Shown here: positions 15,990 to 25,630 of the stretch, in pieces | How positions within the stretch are numbered: position 1 is the first letter of the stretch | Layout: every line of letters begins with the position of its first letter | DNA from: Bdellovibrionales bacterium | GTDB taxonomy: Bacteria; Bdellovibrionota; Bdellovibrionia; Bdellovibrionales; UBA1609 | NCBI GenBank assembly: GCA_965247685.1 | Contig: OZ252021.1 | Coordinates: 1,110,001-1,142,000, forward strand | Length of the DNA: 32,000 bases | Direction of reading: 5' to 3' | Notes under the pieces: generated by a model | Told to the model about the DNA's origin: nothing | Databases searched by the model: none | What the model saw: the letters and a program-made list of their open reading frames with translations, nothing else | Position numbers and translations under genes: made by a program

Positions 15990-16919
15990 TCAATGAGTTT
16001 GGGAGTTTGGTTTTTTTACCTTACTCTTATGTCCTTTTTTATAATGGTAAGAGCAGTTTTTTGAACAAGTTTGATAAGTATCATACTGGTCATTGCAGTT
16101 TGAGCAAATCGTAGCTTTTATTTGGCATTGACGGCATGTGATCGTTTGGTGACCAGGTTGTCCGCAGTGAGGACACAGCTGATACCTGCCGGAAGGTTTT
16201 AGGTTTTGATTGAGAGCCACCCGATGATCAAAAACAAAGCAATCTCCCTTAAAATGAGAATTGGGGTATTGCCTGAGGTAATTAATGATACCCCCTTTGA
16301 GTTGCTTAACATTGTTCCAACCTTGTTTTTTCATTTCATTGGTGGCTTTTTCACAACGAATACCACCTGTACAGTATATCAAAATATTTTTATCCTTAGG
16401 GATATTGACGCTGTTTTTTAAATGTTGAGAAAGTTCTTTAAACTGACTGAGATTGAGATCAAGAGCCCCTTCAAAGTGGCCTAGTTCGACCTCATAATTG
16501 TTTCTAATGTCTAAAAGCACAGTATCTTTGTTTTTTATTTGAGACTGCCATTCTTGTGGAGTGAGATGAGTATTTTTCGAATGAGGGGATATTTTAGACT
16601 GATTTAGTTTTAAAATTTCTTCTTTTATTTTGACCCGTAACTTTTTAAAGCCCCAAGTATTAGAAATCTGCCATTGACCTTGAATAGGAATCTCAGTGTA
16701 GTCACGAATAATTTTCAAAAATCTTTTTACATTTTTGATAGATCCCACTAAAGTAGCATTGATTCCTTCTTGAGAAAGAAGTATGAGTCCTTTCACTCTT
16801 TCGATTTCTCCTTTGTGAATGAATACATTGCGTAGATTTTCCAGATCCATATCATTCAAAAATTGATAGTGATAAAAAGTACAAACAGATAAAGGTTTTT
16901 TTGATCTCAATTGTTTCAT
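15990..16919 (-). CDS. trhO: Rhodanese-domain tRNA uridine(34) hydroxylase TrhO (YceA/UPF0176 family)
   Basis: 309 aa. N-terminal FYHYQFLND..LLSQEGINATLVG. Rhodanese active-site loop IYCTGGIRCEKA preceded by LLDIRNNYEVELGHFEGA. Cys-rich C-terminal tail. Confidence 0.85.
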   Translation of the reverse strand: MKQLRSKKPLSVCTFYHYQFLNDMDLENLRNVFIHKGEIERVKGLILLSQEGINATLVGSIKNVKRFLKIIRDYTEIPIQGQWQISNTWGFKKLRVKIKEEILKLNQSKISPHSKNTHLTPQEWQSQIKNKDTVLLDIRNNYEVELGHFEGALDLNLSQFKELSQHLKNSVNIPKDKNILIYCTGGIRCEKATNEMKKQGWNNVKQLKGGIINYLRQYPNSHFKGDCFVFDHRVALNQNLKPSGRYQLCPHCGQPGHQTITCRQCQIKATICSNCNDQYDTYQTCSKNCSYHYKKGHKSKVKKPNSQTH

Positions 16920-17057
16920 AAACCACCTAGGTTTATATCAGTTTTTGATATCTTTTCAAACGGTGAAGAATTATATCAAAAAATAAGATAAAAGCAATGC
17001 AATAACCATAGACTTGAAATCAAAAATCTATTTTAAAGAAGGTTTAAGGAAAAAAGA

Positions 17058-17957
17058 ATGACACCAGTTTTAGAAATCAATAATTTAGTGAAAAATTATG
17101 GCTCATTTTGTGCCGTCAATAATGTTTCACTTAAAATCCAAAAAGGGGAAATATTAGGCCTACTTGGACCAAACGGTGCAGGTAAAAGTACGCTGATCAA
17201 CTCCGTAATGACTTTAGAAGAGTTTCAACAGGGCGAAATTCATATCTGTGGATTAAACCTTAAAGAAGATCCTCGTTTGTGTAAATCTCTTACAGGTTAT
17301 ATGCCTCAAGAGGTTATTAATCATGGTTACTTCAATTTGGAAGAAGTCCTTTATTATCATTCTGGTTATTACGGATACTTTCGGAATCGCAAAAGTTATA
17401 TAGAAAAATTAATGAAAAGACTTTCTTTATGGGAGCATCGAAAAAAAAGAATTATTCAATTAAGCGGAGGTATGAAAAGAAGACTTCTTTTTGCAAAATC
17501 CTTAGTGCATGATCCACAGCTCTTGTTATTAGATGAGCCCACAACAGGTGTGGATATTCAACTTCGAGATGATATTTGGGATTTTCTTCGTGAATTTAAA
17601 AAAGAAAATAGAGCTATTTTGCTCACCACTCACTATTTGGAAGAAGCTGAAAAACTTTGCGATCGAGTGATTCTTATTCATAAAGGAAAATTCGAAAGGC
17701 AGAATCAAACCAAGAGGCTCATTCAAGAGTTCACCCTCAGAAGGATTATTGTTTTCCTTAAAAGAGAGCATAAAGTAAATCATAAGTATTTAAAGGTAAG
17801 TAATGAAAAATACTTAGAATTTCATGTTCCATTTTCTATTGAAATAGGGATTTTGATGAAAGAATGTCAATTGGATTGGGATGTCATTCAAGATATTCAA
17901 GTTCAAGAAGGTAAGCTCGAGGATGTTTTCAAAGATATGCTGGAGGAAGGAACATGA
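17058..17957 (+). CDS. ABC transporter ATP-binding protein (ABC-2 exporter type)
   Basis: Walker A GPNGAGKST, signature LSGGMKRRL, Walker B LLLLDEPTTGVD, H-loop LTTHYLEEAE. Confidence 0.9.
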   Translation: MTPVLEINNLVKNYGSFCAVNNVSLKIQKGEILGLLGPNGAGKSTLINSVMTLEEFQQGEIHICGLNLKEDPRLCKSLTGYMPQEVINHGYFNLEEVLYYHSGYYGYFRNRKSYIEKLMKRLSLWEHRKKRIIQLSGGMKRRLLFAKSLVHDPQLLLLDEPTTGVDIQLRDDIWDFLREFKKENRAILLTTHYLEEAEKLCDRVILIHKGKFERQNQTKRLIQEFTLRRIIVFLKREHKVNHKYLKVSNEKYLEFHVPFSIEIGILMKECQLDWDVIQDIQVQEGKLEDVFKDMLEEGT

Positions 17958-18766
17958 GTTTTTCTAAATCTGTGATTCAAAAGCGAATTCGATGGAACCC
18001 ATTTTTTGCATTTTTTTCAAGAGAGATTCATCGATTTTTAAAAGTCTTTTTTCAAACTGTGTTTATTCCTGTCATCAATTCATCTCTTTATTTAATTATC
18101 TTTGGTGTGAGTTTAGGCTCTAAACTCAATTTAGGGACAGGGGTTTCTTATTTACAATTTTTGATTCCAGGGCTGATGATGATGGCCTGTCTTTCTAATG
18201 CATTTCAAAACGGCTCTAGCTCAATTTTGAGTCTCAAATTTGGAGGCGACATTATAGATGTTAAAGCTTCGCCACTTACTATTCATCATACTCTTTGGGC
18301 GCTTGCTTTAGGCGGAATGTGTCGTGGTCTTTTAGTGAGTGGAGTAGTGTTTACTGTTGGACAGTGTTTTCACCTTTATTATTTGGGAGAGTGGATTACT
18401 CCTCATTCTCCATGGATTCTCGTCTTCTTTTGTGTGATCGCAGGTCTTGTTTTTAGCAAGGTAGGAGTGGCTGTTGCTTTATGGGCTAAAACATTTGATC
18501 ATATTGGTGCGATTGGAGGATTAATTATTTTACCTCTTACTTACTTGGGAGGAGTGTTTTTCTCACTCGATATGTTGAGCCCCTTTTGGAAACAATTATC
18601 TTTGGTGAACCCTATTTTTTACTTTATTAATGGTCTGAGGTGGGGAGTGATTGGAAAAGCTGATGTGAGTATTGAGGTAAGTATTGTAGTGTCCTTATTG
18701 GCTTTATCTATTTGTCATTTTATTGTTCTTCTCTTTATGAAATATGGAAGTTATAAAAGATGGTAG
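17954..18766 (+). CDS. ABC-2 family transporter permease
   Basis: 270 aa with about 6 hydrophobic segments. ATGA overlap with the upstream ATPase gene. Confidence 0.8.
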   Translation: MSFSKSVIQKRIRWNPFFAFFSREIHRFLKVFFQTVFIPVINSSLYLIIFGVSLGSKLNLGTGVSYLQFLIPGLMMMACLSNAFQNGSSSILSLKFGGDIIDVKASPLTIHHTLWALALGGMCRGLLVSGVVFTVGQCFHLYYLGEWITPHSPWILVFFCVIAGLVFSKVGVAVALWAKTFDHIGAIGGLIILPLTYLGGVFFSLDMLSPFWKQLSLVNPIFYFINGLRWGVIGKADVSIEVSIVVSLLALSICHFIVLLFMKYGSYKRW

Positions 18767-19449
18767 ATACTTTATCTATGAAACTCAAAGATGTAAAAAG
18801 TGCAGTCATTACAATAGACGGCCCTTCAGCTTCTGGGAAAACTGTATTATGCCAAAGGCTGACGCGCCGGATGGATCAATGGGAATGGCTTTCCACTGGA
18901 GTTTTTTATCGTGGATTAGCATACATGATTTCTCAAGAAGGTATCCATTCGCCTCAAGATTGGGCGCGACTTCTCCATGAGGAAAAATGGGAAATTCAAA
19001 AAGAAACAACTCAGACTTCTTTTTGGTATAATGGCCAGAATGTTACAGAACTCATATATAATTCCAACATGGATCAACTGGCTTCCAAAGTTGCGGCGTC
19101 ACCTTCGGTTCGTGAAGCTCTTATTCCTCATCAAAAAAAACAAAAAAACCCAAGCTATGGACTATTAGCTGAAGGAAGGGATTGTGGAACTGTTATTTTT
19201 TCTGAAGCGCCTTTAAAAATTTTTCTGACAGCAATGGATGAGATTCGAGCTGAAAGACGAGCGAAAGATAGAAATGAAAATGTGGATCATGTTATTTCCG
19301 CTCAGAAAAAAAGAGATCAATTTGACTCAGAACGAGTTATGAATCCACTCAGGTATGAAAAAGGAATGTGGATTATTCACACCGATAAGTATTCCCTAGA
19401 AGAAGTCGAAGAAATGGTCTATGAAAAGGCTCAAAAGTACTTTTACTAG
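18760..19449 (+). CDS. cmk: Cytidylate kinase
   Basis: P-loop ITIDGPSASGKT, then ..STGVFYR.. and GRDCGTVIF. Directly upstream of rpsA (conserved cmk-rpsA synteny). The alternative ATG at 18778 is possible. Confidence 0.9.
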   Translation: MVDTLSMKLKDVKSAVITIDGPSASGKTVLCQRLTRRMDQWEWLSTGVFYRGLAYMISQEGIHSPQDWARLLHEEKWEIQKETTQTSFWYNGQNVTELIYNSNMDQLASKVAASPSVREALIPHQKKQKNPSYGLLAEGRDCGTVIFSEAPLKIFLTAMDEIRAERRAKDRNENVDHVISAQKKRDQFDSERVMNPLRYEKGMWIIHTDKYSLEEVEEMVYEKAQKYFY

Positions 19450-19579
19450 CTTTCTTAAACTCTTTAATATAAGTATTTGACTTTTATAAGATTTTTAGAG
19501 AAGTAAAGGTTGGTTTTTTTATGAAATTCTGTAGAATCGGAGTTTCAATTTATTATCTATTTTTAGGAGAGTTTAAGTA

Positions 19580-21523
19580 GTGGAATCAACTAAAGTGTCA
19601 ACAGCACAAAACAGAAAAAATAAAATTAAAGAACAGCAGGCAGAGTTGCTTAAGAAGCTGGATTCTGAAGATCAAGATATTCCTGCTAATCCAATAAAAG
19701 GTAAAGAAGATAGAGTGGAAGGGGATTCTCTTAAAATTTTTGAACAGTTTTACAATGATAAAATTGCTCAGCAAACATTTGAAGCGGGTCAGGTCGTTCG
19801 AGGCCGCATTGTAGGAACGGCAGATGATTATGTGCTGGTGGATGTGAATTATAAAAGTGAAGGTCTCGTTCCTAAGTCAGAATTTCAAGGTGCGGATGGG
19901 TATGTTGGTATTGAAGAAGGTTCTGAAGTGGAAGTTTATGTTGAAGAAGTTGAAAATGAAAAAGGTATGATGGTTCTTTCTAAAGATAGAGCTGATATTA
20001 TTCGTGTGTGGAAAGAAATTTCACAAGTAGCTAAAAATCAAGAAATCATTGAGGGAACAGTTATTGCGAAAGTAAAAGGAGGTCTTCATGTTGATATTGG
20101 AGGTGTGAAAGCTTTTTTACCTGGAAGTCATGTTGAACTTCGTCCTGTGAACTTGAGTCAATATGTAGGCAACAAGTATTCTTTTAAAATTATTAAATTC
20201 AATCAAAAAAGAGGAAATATTGTTTTATCTCGAAGGGTGATTTTAGAAGAAAAAAGGGAAAACTTAAGAAGCCAAACTTTAGGGGATATGGATAAAGGCT
20301 CTGTAGTGACAGGAATTGTAAAAAATATTACAGACTATGGAGCATTTTTAGATTTAGGTGGAATCGATGGACTTTTACACATTACAGACATTAGTTGGAG
20401 TCGCATCAAGCATCCTTCAGAAAAAATAACAGTTGGAGAATCTATAAAAGTTAAAATTCTAAAATTTGATCGTGAAAAAAGAAGAGTGAGCTTAGGGTTG
20501 AAACAACTTCATGAAAATGAAAATCCTTGGGAGCTTGTTAAAAACAGCATCAAAAAAGGAGATGTGGTTCAAGGGCAGGTGACAGGATTTACAGAGTATG
20601 GAGCTTTTGTAACCATTAAAGATGGAATTGAAGGACTAGTTCACATTAGTGAAATATGCTGGGGTAAAAAAGATAAACTACCTTCTGAGTATTTGAAGTC
20701 TGGAAGCCAGATTGATTTAAAGGTGATTCAAGTGGATCAAGATCAGCAAAGAATTAGCTTTAGTATTAAAAGACTTGAAGAAAACCCATGGCAAAAGTGG
20801 ACAGCTAAATATAAAGAAGGACAATCCGTGGATGCTGAAATAAAATCTATTAACAATTTTGGTTTAGTTGTTCAGATTGAAGGTAATCCAGATCTCAAAG
20901 GTGTGATTCGTCAAGTAGATTTAAGTTGGTCATCTCACGCTCAAAATAAGAAACCAAGACATCAAATAGGGGATGTGCTGAAAGCTGTTATTTTAAACTT
21001 TAGTTTAGAAGATGAAAAATTCTATCTTGGAGTCAAGCAGCTTCAAGAAAACCCTTGGGCTCAAGTGGAGTCTCTTTACCCTATTGGATCCGTTCACGAG
21101 GTGAAAGTTGTCAAGATGGTAGACTTTGGAGTATTCGTTGAACTTTGTCAGGGTGTGGAAGGTTTGATTCACATTAGCGAGCTTGACACTAAGAGAGTCA
21201 ATAAGGTTGAAGAGGTTGTTGAAATTGGTGATGTGTTGAATGCTGAAGTGATCACTATGGATAAAGATTTATATAAAATTGGTTTGAGTGCAAAGCTGGT
21301 GAAACTCAGAGGAGACGAACCTCAAAGAGGCTCTTCAAAAAATCAAGAGGCGAAGCCGCAAAGTGGAAAACCGCAAAGTGGAAAACCGTATGATAAGAGG
21401 GAAAGTTTTTTCGCAAAAGCTTTGAAGGCTTCTTTTTACAAAGAGGATGAAGACCCAAAAGAAGCATCGCCCAAAGAAGCATCAAATGAAGAAACTGATT
21501 CACCTGACAAAAAAGAAGATTAA
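19580..21523 (+). CDS. rpsA: 30S ribosomal protein S1 with N- and C-terminal low-complexity extensions
   Basis: GTG start 8 nt after AGGAGA. Six S1/OB repeats, e.g. GQVVRGRIVG, GTVIAKVKGGLHVDIGGVKAFLPGS, GSVVTGIVKNITDYGAFLDLGGIDGLLHITDISW, GDVVQGQVTGFTEYGAFV. Confidence 0.92.
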   Translation: MESTKVSTAQNRKNKIKEQQAELLKKLDSEDQDIPANPIKGKEDRVEGDSLKIFEQFYNDKIAQQTFEAGQVVRGRIVGTADDYVLVDVNYKSEGLVPKSEFQGADGYVGIEEGSEVEVYVEEVENEKGMMVLSKDRADIIRVWKEISQVAKNQEIIEGTVIAKVKGGLHVDIGGVKAFLPGSHVELRPVNLSQYVGNKYSFKIIKFNQKRGNIVLSRRVILEEKRENLRSQTLGDMDKGSVVTGIVKNITDYGAFLDLGGIDGLLHITDISWSRIKHPSEKITVGESIKVKILKFDREKRRVSLGLKQLHENENPWELVKNSIKKGDVVQGQVTGFTEYGAFVTIKDGIEGLVHISEICWGKKDKLPSEYLKSGSQIDLKVIQVDQDQQRISFSIKRLEENPWQKWTAKYKEGQSVDAEIKSINNFGLVVQIEGNPDLKGVIRQVDLSWSSHAQNKKPRHQIGDVLKAVILNFSLEDEKFYLGVKQLQENPWAQVESLYPIGSVHEVKVVKMVDFGVFVELCQGVEGLIHISELDTKRVNKVEEVVEIGDVLNAEVITMDKDLYKIGLSAKLVKLRGDEPQRGSSKNQEAKPQSGKPQSGKPYDKRESFFAKALKASFYKEDEDPKEASPKEASNEETDSPDKKED

Positions 21524-21535
21524 TTTTGGAGTTTA

Positions 21536-22507
21536 TTGATGTCGAATAGTAAAAGTTTTTCAGATATTCTATCGGTTTTTTTGAAGAGTATTCTTTTAGC
21601 TGTAAGTATTTTTTCTTTTCTTATGATCATGGGCGGATGTGTGATTTTTATATCCATTTTGAGCCGTTCTGAACTTTCATCATCCATTCGTGATAAAGCG
21701 CCTAGAGATTCCATTCTTGTTCTAAAACTCGAAGGAGTGATTTTGGATTCCTCAGATTTTTTAGAAGATCTGAATAAATATATCAAAGATAAAAAAATTA
21801 AAGGAGTTTTAATTCGTGTCAATTCTCCAGGAGGAACAACAACGGCGAGCCAAGAAATCTATAAAGAGATTCATCGTTTAAAAAAGATTTATAAAAAGCC
21901 TATCTTTGTTTCCATTGGTTCGTTAGGGGCAAGTGGAGCTTTTTATGTTTCTATGGCCGCGGATAAAATTCTAGCCAATGAATCTTCTTTACTAGGCTCT
22001 ATTGGCGTAATCATGTATCTGATAAACTTAGAAAAACTTTATGATTGGGCGAAGGTAGAAAATTATGTGATCAAAACTGGTGAATTTAAAGATGCAGGCT
22101 CTCAGGCAAGAGCGATCACTCCTCGAGAAAGAGATTTATTTCAAGATTTGATTGATGAGTTTTTAGTTCATTTCAAAAATGTTATTGTTAAAAATCGTAA
22201 TTTATCCGAAGGGCTGGTGGAAGAGTTTGCAGATGGAAGAGTTTTTACAGGAGATACGGCAGCCATTCAAGGTTTTATCGATCAAATCGGAACTTATTAT
22301 GAAGCTCTCGATCTTATCGGAGAGCTTACTGGATTAGGAGATGATCCTGAAGTGTTTGAACCTAGAGAAATAGATTCATGGGCGGATGTGATTCGATCTT
22401 CTGTTCAAAATATTGTTCCATGGTCTTTACCAGCTGCAAATTTTAAATTGCGTTCTCAATTGAATGGACGCCCTCTTTATCTTCTTCCCGAATTTATGAG
22501 TTTCTAA
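21536..22507 (+). CDS. sppA: Signal peptide peptidase SppA (36K type, S49 family)
   Basis: N-terminal TM. GVLIRVNSPGGTTTASQEIY, then GSLGASGAFYVSMAADKI (catalytic Ser context) and GEFKDAG. Confidence 0.85.
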   Translation: MMSNSKSFSDILSVFLKSILLAVSIFSFLMIMGGCVIFISILSRSELSSSIRDKAPRDSILVLKLEGVILDSSDFLEDLNKYIKDKKIKGVLIRVNSPGGTTTASQEIYKEIHRLKKIYKKPIFVSIGSLGASGAFYVSMAADKILANESSLLGSIGVIMYLINLEKLYDWAKVENYVIKTGEFKDAGSQARAITPRERDLFQDLIDEFLVHFKNVIVKNRNLSEGLVEEFADGRVFTGDTAAIQGFIDQIGTYYEALDLIGELTGLGDDPEVFEPREIDSWADVIRSSVQNIVPWSLPAANFKLRSQLNGRPLYLLPEFMSF

Positions 22508-22516
22508 GTCTTAAAC

Positions 22517-23257
22517 ATGAGATATTCTTCTTACACTATAGGTATTCCTCAGTTTTCTTCAATTGTTAAAAAACTTGCAATTATTAATGTGGGAATATGG
22601 TTTTTTCTTATTCTTATTTTGCAGCAATTTTTTCTCGAGAATCCTTATTTGTTTAAAGTTCTTGGGTTAGTCCCTTCCTTATTTTTAAATCAAGGTTTTA
22701 TATGGCAACCCTTCACTTATATGTTTATTCATTCTTCTAGTCTTTTTCATATTTTATTTAATATGTTGATTTTATGGATGTTTGGTTCTGAATTGGAAAG
22801 GCTTTGGGGATCTAAATTTTTTCTCACTTATTACCTTGTGTGTGGAGTGGGGGCGGCTCTTATTTATTTGTTAGTTTTATCAGTTGTTTCTTTATTTCAT
22901 CCTTTGGGAATCATTAATCAAACTCCAGTCGTTGGTTCTTCTGGAGCTATCTTTGGACTTATGCTTGCCTACGGTGTGCTTTTTAAAGATCGTGTGCTTT
23001 ATATTATGATGATCTTTCCTATGAAGGCTCGAACTTTTATTTACCTTCTTGTAGGTATAGAGATTTTTAGTGTACTTAGCAGCGGACTTGGAGGACCAGT
23101 GGCCAACCTTGCGCATCTTGGGGGTTTAGCGACAGGGTTATTATTCTTGATTTTATGGAAAAATTGGAGCAATATACGAGCACCTAAAACAATGCGTCGT
23201 TTACGTATTGTAAAAACGGACGATGAAAAAGCCAAACATAAAAAAACTTGGCATTGA
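22517..23257 (+). CDS. Rhomboid-family intramembrane serine protease
   Basis: HSSSLFHILFNMLILWMFGSELE, catalytic GSSGAIFGLM, and AHLGGLATG (catalytic His). Multi-TM. Confidence 0.85.
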   Translation: MRYSSYTIGIPQFSSIVKKLAIINVGIWFFLILILQQFFLENPYLFKVLGLVPSLFLNQGFIWQPFTYMFIHSSSLFHILFNMLILWMFGSELERLWGSKFFLTYYLVCGVGAALIYLLVLSVVSLFHPLGIINQTPVVGSSGAIFGLMLAYGVLFKDRVLYIMMIFPMKARTFIYLLVGIEIFSVLSSGLGGPVANLAHLGGLATGLLFLILWKNWSNIRAPKTMRRLRIVKTDDEKAKHKKTWH

Positions 23258-23272
23258 ACAAAAGGAGAAACA

Positions 23273-23455
23273 ATGAGCTTGCATGAATATTTAAAAAAAT
23301 TAACTTTTGATAAAAGAATGACAGATCGAAACCTTGCTCAAAAACTCATTCAACCAAAAGATCTGGAACAACATCTTACACAACTAGAAGATGTTTCAGA
23401 GTATGGAGAAGTAATCCAGCCGGATGAGGAAGAGCTCCCTTCTTCAGAAGAATAA
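23273..23455 (+). CDS. Small acidic hypothetical protein (60 aa)
   Basis: AAGGAGA RBS 6 nt upstream. 15 nt after the rhomboid stop. No family recognised. Confidence 0.4.
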   Translation: MSLHEYLKKLTFDKRMTDRNLAQKLIQPKDLEQHLTQLEDVSEYGEVIQPDEEELPSSEE

Positions 23456-23578
23456 TTCTATTATCGAATTTTATGATCTCACATAGAAAAAATCTAATAA
23501 GAGCTAAAGTTTATCGGGCTACCCTGAATGATGGGTTTTTCTATCTATTGAGTAGTATTTATAAAGCTGTATAAACTT

Positions 23579-24076
23579 TTATTTACGAATACTTTGCTTA
23601 ACAAATTGAGTGAGATAATGTCGAATGAGATAATCTATTCTTATGTTATGATTATTATAAGTCCACTTGATCTCGCCAAAAGGAGCCTCTGCTGCCTTCA
23701 AATAATCTACAGGAGAATAAGAACTTTGAGAGTGTGTGATATTGTCCACGTTCACAAATCGAATAGCCACTAAACCAGCAGTCTTCATAGAAAACACGAG
23801 TTTATACCCGCCACGAAAAAGCATAAAATCAGCTTCCGTATTGGTAATGCCGTAAATTCGAATACTGCCCAAATAACCTTTGAGCTGATTAAAATAAGAA
23901 ACATGCTGGGTAAAAGCTGTTCTGAGTTGCTTCAAAAATTCAACAGTCAGATCCTTAAACTCTTCCTCAGAAAGAGCTTTCTCAGAAGACTGAAAAGCCA
24001 CCTCGCCTTTCTTCTCCATTTGATCTTCTTGATAAGCTAAATTTTTAATCCAATGTTGGCCAACTTCCATTTTCAC
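23579..24076 (-). CDS. Hypothetical cytoplasmic protein (165 aa)
   Basis: Clean ORF divergent from pal. No signal peptide. No family recognised. Confidence 0.55.
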   Translation of the reverse strand: MKMEVGQHWIKNLAYQEDQMEKKGEVAFQSSEKALSEEEFKDLTVEFLKQLRTAFTQHVSYFNQLKGYLGSIRIYGITNTEADFMLFRGGYKLVFSMKTAGLVAIRFVNVDNITHSQSSYSPVDYLKAAEAPFGEIKWTYNNHNIRIDYLIRHYLTQFVKQSIRK

Positions 24077-24306
24077 CTCTTATCATGCTCTTCGCCTTAA
24101 GAATAATCCTCATATACCAGTCTAAAGTCAAGAACGGTTGACCATCAACTGCAAGCTTTCCATTTCATTTTTCGCCTAAATTGAGAGTATTCAGCACTGT
24201 TGATGTTGCAAGATTTAACACAGAATATCATTTCAAAGTTAAAAATTTGAGTTTGATAGAGACTTGTGAAACAATTTCGAGTGTTTATTTCAACAAGGAG
24301 TAATAA

Positions 24307-24795
24307 ATGAATTTTTTACGAAGTATCTTATTAGTTTTAATGTTTAGTTTATTGACAGTGTCATGTGCTTCAATGAAAAAATGGTTTGGAGGGGGTGATG
24401 ACATTGAAGATGGCTCTGATATTTTATCTAAGAATATCGACAGCGATGCAACTGGTAGCGACAGTGGAAGCATCGATGGTCTTTCTACAGTGTTTTTTGC
24501 TTATGACAGCTCTGTACTTTCTGGTGAAACTAAGGAAATGCTTCGAGATAATGCTCAGTGGGTTCGGGATAAAAGTAATATTTCGAGAATGGAACTCGAG
24601 GGGCATTGTGACTCTATGGGTTCTGAAGCGTATAACATTGGTTTAGGGCTCAGAAGGGCACAAGCGGTTAAAACATTCTTAATTTCTTTGGGAATTTCCG
24701 AAGATCGTTTTTCTATTGTGAGTTATGGGGAAGAAAGACCTCTTTCTGGTGATAACTCTAGAAATAGAAGGGTGAACTTTGTACCGATTTATTAA
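24307..24795 (+). CDS. pal: Peptidoglycan-associated lipoprotein Pal (OmpA-like domain)
   Basis: Lipobox FSLLTVS|C. OmpA-like VFFAYDSSVLSGETKEML..LEGHCDSMGSEAYNIGLGLRRAQAVKTFLISLGIS..IVSYGEERP. Confidence 0.88.
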   Translation: MNFLRSILLVLMFSLLTVSCASMKKWFGGGDDIEDGSDILSKNIDSDATGSDSGSIDGLSTVFFAYDSSVLSGETKEMLRDNAQWVRDKSNISRMELEGHCDSMGSEAYNIGLGLRRAQAVKTFLISLGISEDRFSIVSYGEERPLSGDNSRNRRVNFVPIY

Positions 24796-25087
24796 GCTTG
24801 CTTTACTTTGTAGTTTTTTCATATCTTGTGCTTCTACGATCTCTTTTAAGGAGTATGCGTTCGCCGAGGTCGCTCTTCGCTCCGCTCAAGATATGAAGGC
24901 TCGAAAGCTTGATAAGGTGAATTATATTCAAGCCAGCTCCTATTTTACAAAGGCTCAAATAGCTTTTCAGAAAAAAGAATACGGTCAGGCAAAAGCTTTC
25001 TTCAAAAAAGCTCAATTTTATGCTGAACAAGCAGAACTTTTTAGTTATCTTAAGAGAAGTTTAGATTCAGAAGGGGTTGTTTATTAG
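24779..25087 (+). CDS. Small helical lipoprotein (DUF4398-like by recollection) inserted between pal and cpoB
   Basis: TTG start overlapping the pal 3' end by 17 nt. Signal plus lipobox YRFIKLALLCSFFIS|C. Ala/Lys/Gln-rich helical body. Stop overlaps the cpoB GTG (TAGTG). Confidence 0.5.
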   Translation: MYRFIKLALLCSFFISCASTISFKEYAFAEVALRSAQDMKARKLDKVNYIQASSYFTKAQIAFQKKEYGQAKAFFKKAQFYAEQAELFSYLKRSLDSEGVVY

Positions 25088-25623
25088 TGAAGCTAAAATG
25101 TTTTATTTTAACGGTTATTTTATCTTCCGTTTCATGCCAAACTATGAGCGATTGGACAGAGACGGAATTTTTATCTGATCTGCCTACATTGGTTTCTGAT
25201 TTACAAACAAATAAAAAGAATATTGAAATCATTCAAAAACGATTAGATTCTTTAGAAAGAAATATAGGTTCTAATTCCGATCTTGAAGAATCCATAGCTC
25301 TTGTTCGAAAAGATATTGAAGAACTCAAAGGTCGCCTCGAAAAATCAACAACATCCGAACAACCAAAAAAACCTATTGTTTCTTTGTATGAGAAAGCTCA
25401 ACAGCATTTTAAAGGTAAAGAATGGAAACAGGCGATTCTTATTTATGAGGAGTTTAGAAAACAAAATCCAAAATCCGATCAATTTAAAACAGCAACTTTA
25501 AATATTGGGTTAAGTTTTAAAAATTTAGATCTCAAGAAAGAAGCATCCATTTTTTTAAAGGAAGTGATTGAAAGGTTTCCAAATTCTCCAGAAGCAAAAA
25601 CAGCTAAGGAAAGTTTAAAGTAA
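25087..25623 (+). CDS. cpoB: Tol-Pal system protein CpoB/YbgF (coiled coil plus TPR)
   Basis: GTG start. Signal KLKCFILTVILSSVSC. Coiled coil NIEIIQKRLDSLERNI..IEELKGRLE. TPR-like YEKAQQHFKGKEWKQAILIYEEFRKQNPKSD..IGLSFKNLDLKKEASIFLKEVIERFPNSPEAKTA. Confidence 0.75.
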   Translation: MKLKCFILTVILSSVSCQTMSDWTETEFLSDLPTLVSDLQTNKKNIEIIQKRLDSLERNIGSNSDLEESIALVRKDIEELKGRLEKSTTSEQPKKPIVSLYEKAQQHFKGKEWKQAILIYEEFRKQNPKSDQFKTATLNIGLSFKNLDLKKEASIFLKEVIERFPNSPEAKTAKESLK

Positions 25624-25630
25624 TTAATCC

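Noticed and set aside
15990-16150. Cys-rich C-terminal tail of TrhO (CPHCGQPGHQTITCRQCQ..CSNCN..CSKNC) as a novel fused zinc-finger domain
   Set aside because: As far as I recall, YceA/TrhO-family proteins commonly end in a Cys-rich segment. It was treated as part of the family and not flagged as a novelty, though this is unverified without a search.
16950-16985. Inverted repeat TTGATAT..ATATCAA in the trhO / ABC transporter divergent promoter region, as an operator
   Set aside because: The arms are only 7 bp and all A/T apart from one G/C, which is expected by chance at this base composition.
18744-19168. ORFs 18744-18980 (+), 18809-19009 (-) and 18977-19168 (+) overlapping cmk
   Set aside because: They are out of frame with a cytidylate kinase that has a clear P-loop, and they have no independent support.
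21520-21822. 100-aa minus-strand ORF overlapping the rpsA end and the sppA start
   Set aside because: It is antisense to two well-supported genes, with no RBS and no recognisable motif.
24386-25232. ORFs 24386-24646 (+), 24424-24606 (-), 24803-25030 (-) and 25050-25232 (-) in the pal-cpoB region
   Set aside because: They overlap motif-supported genes in other frames or on the other strand. These are shadow ORFs.
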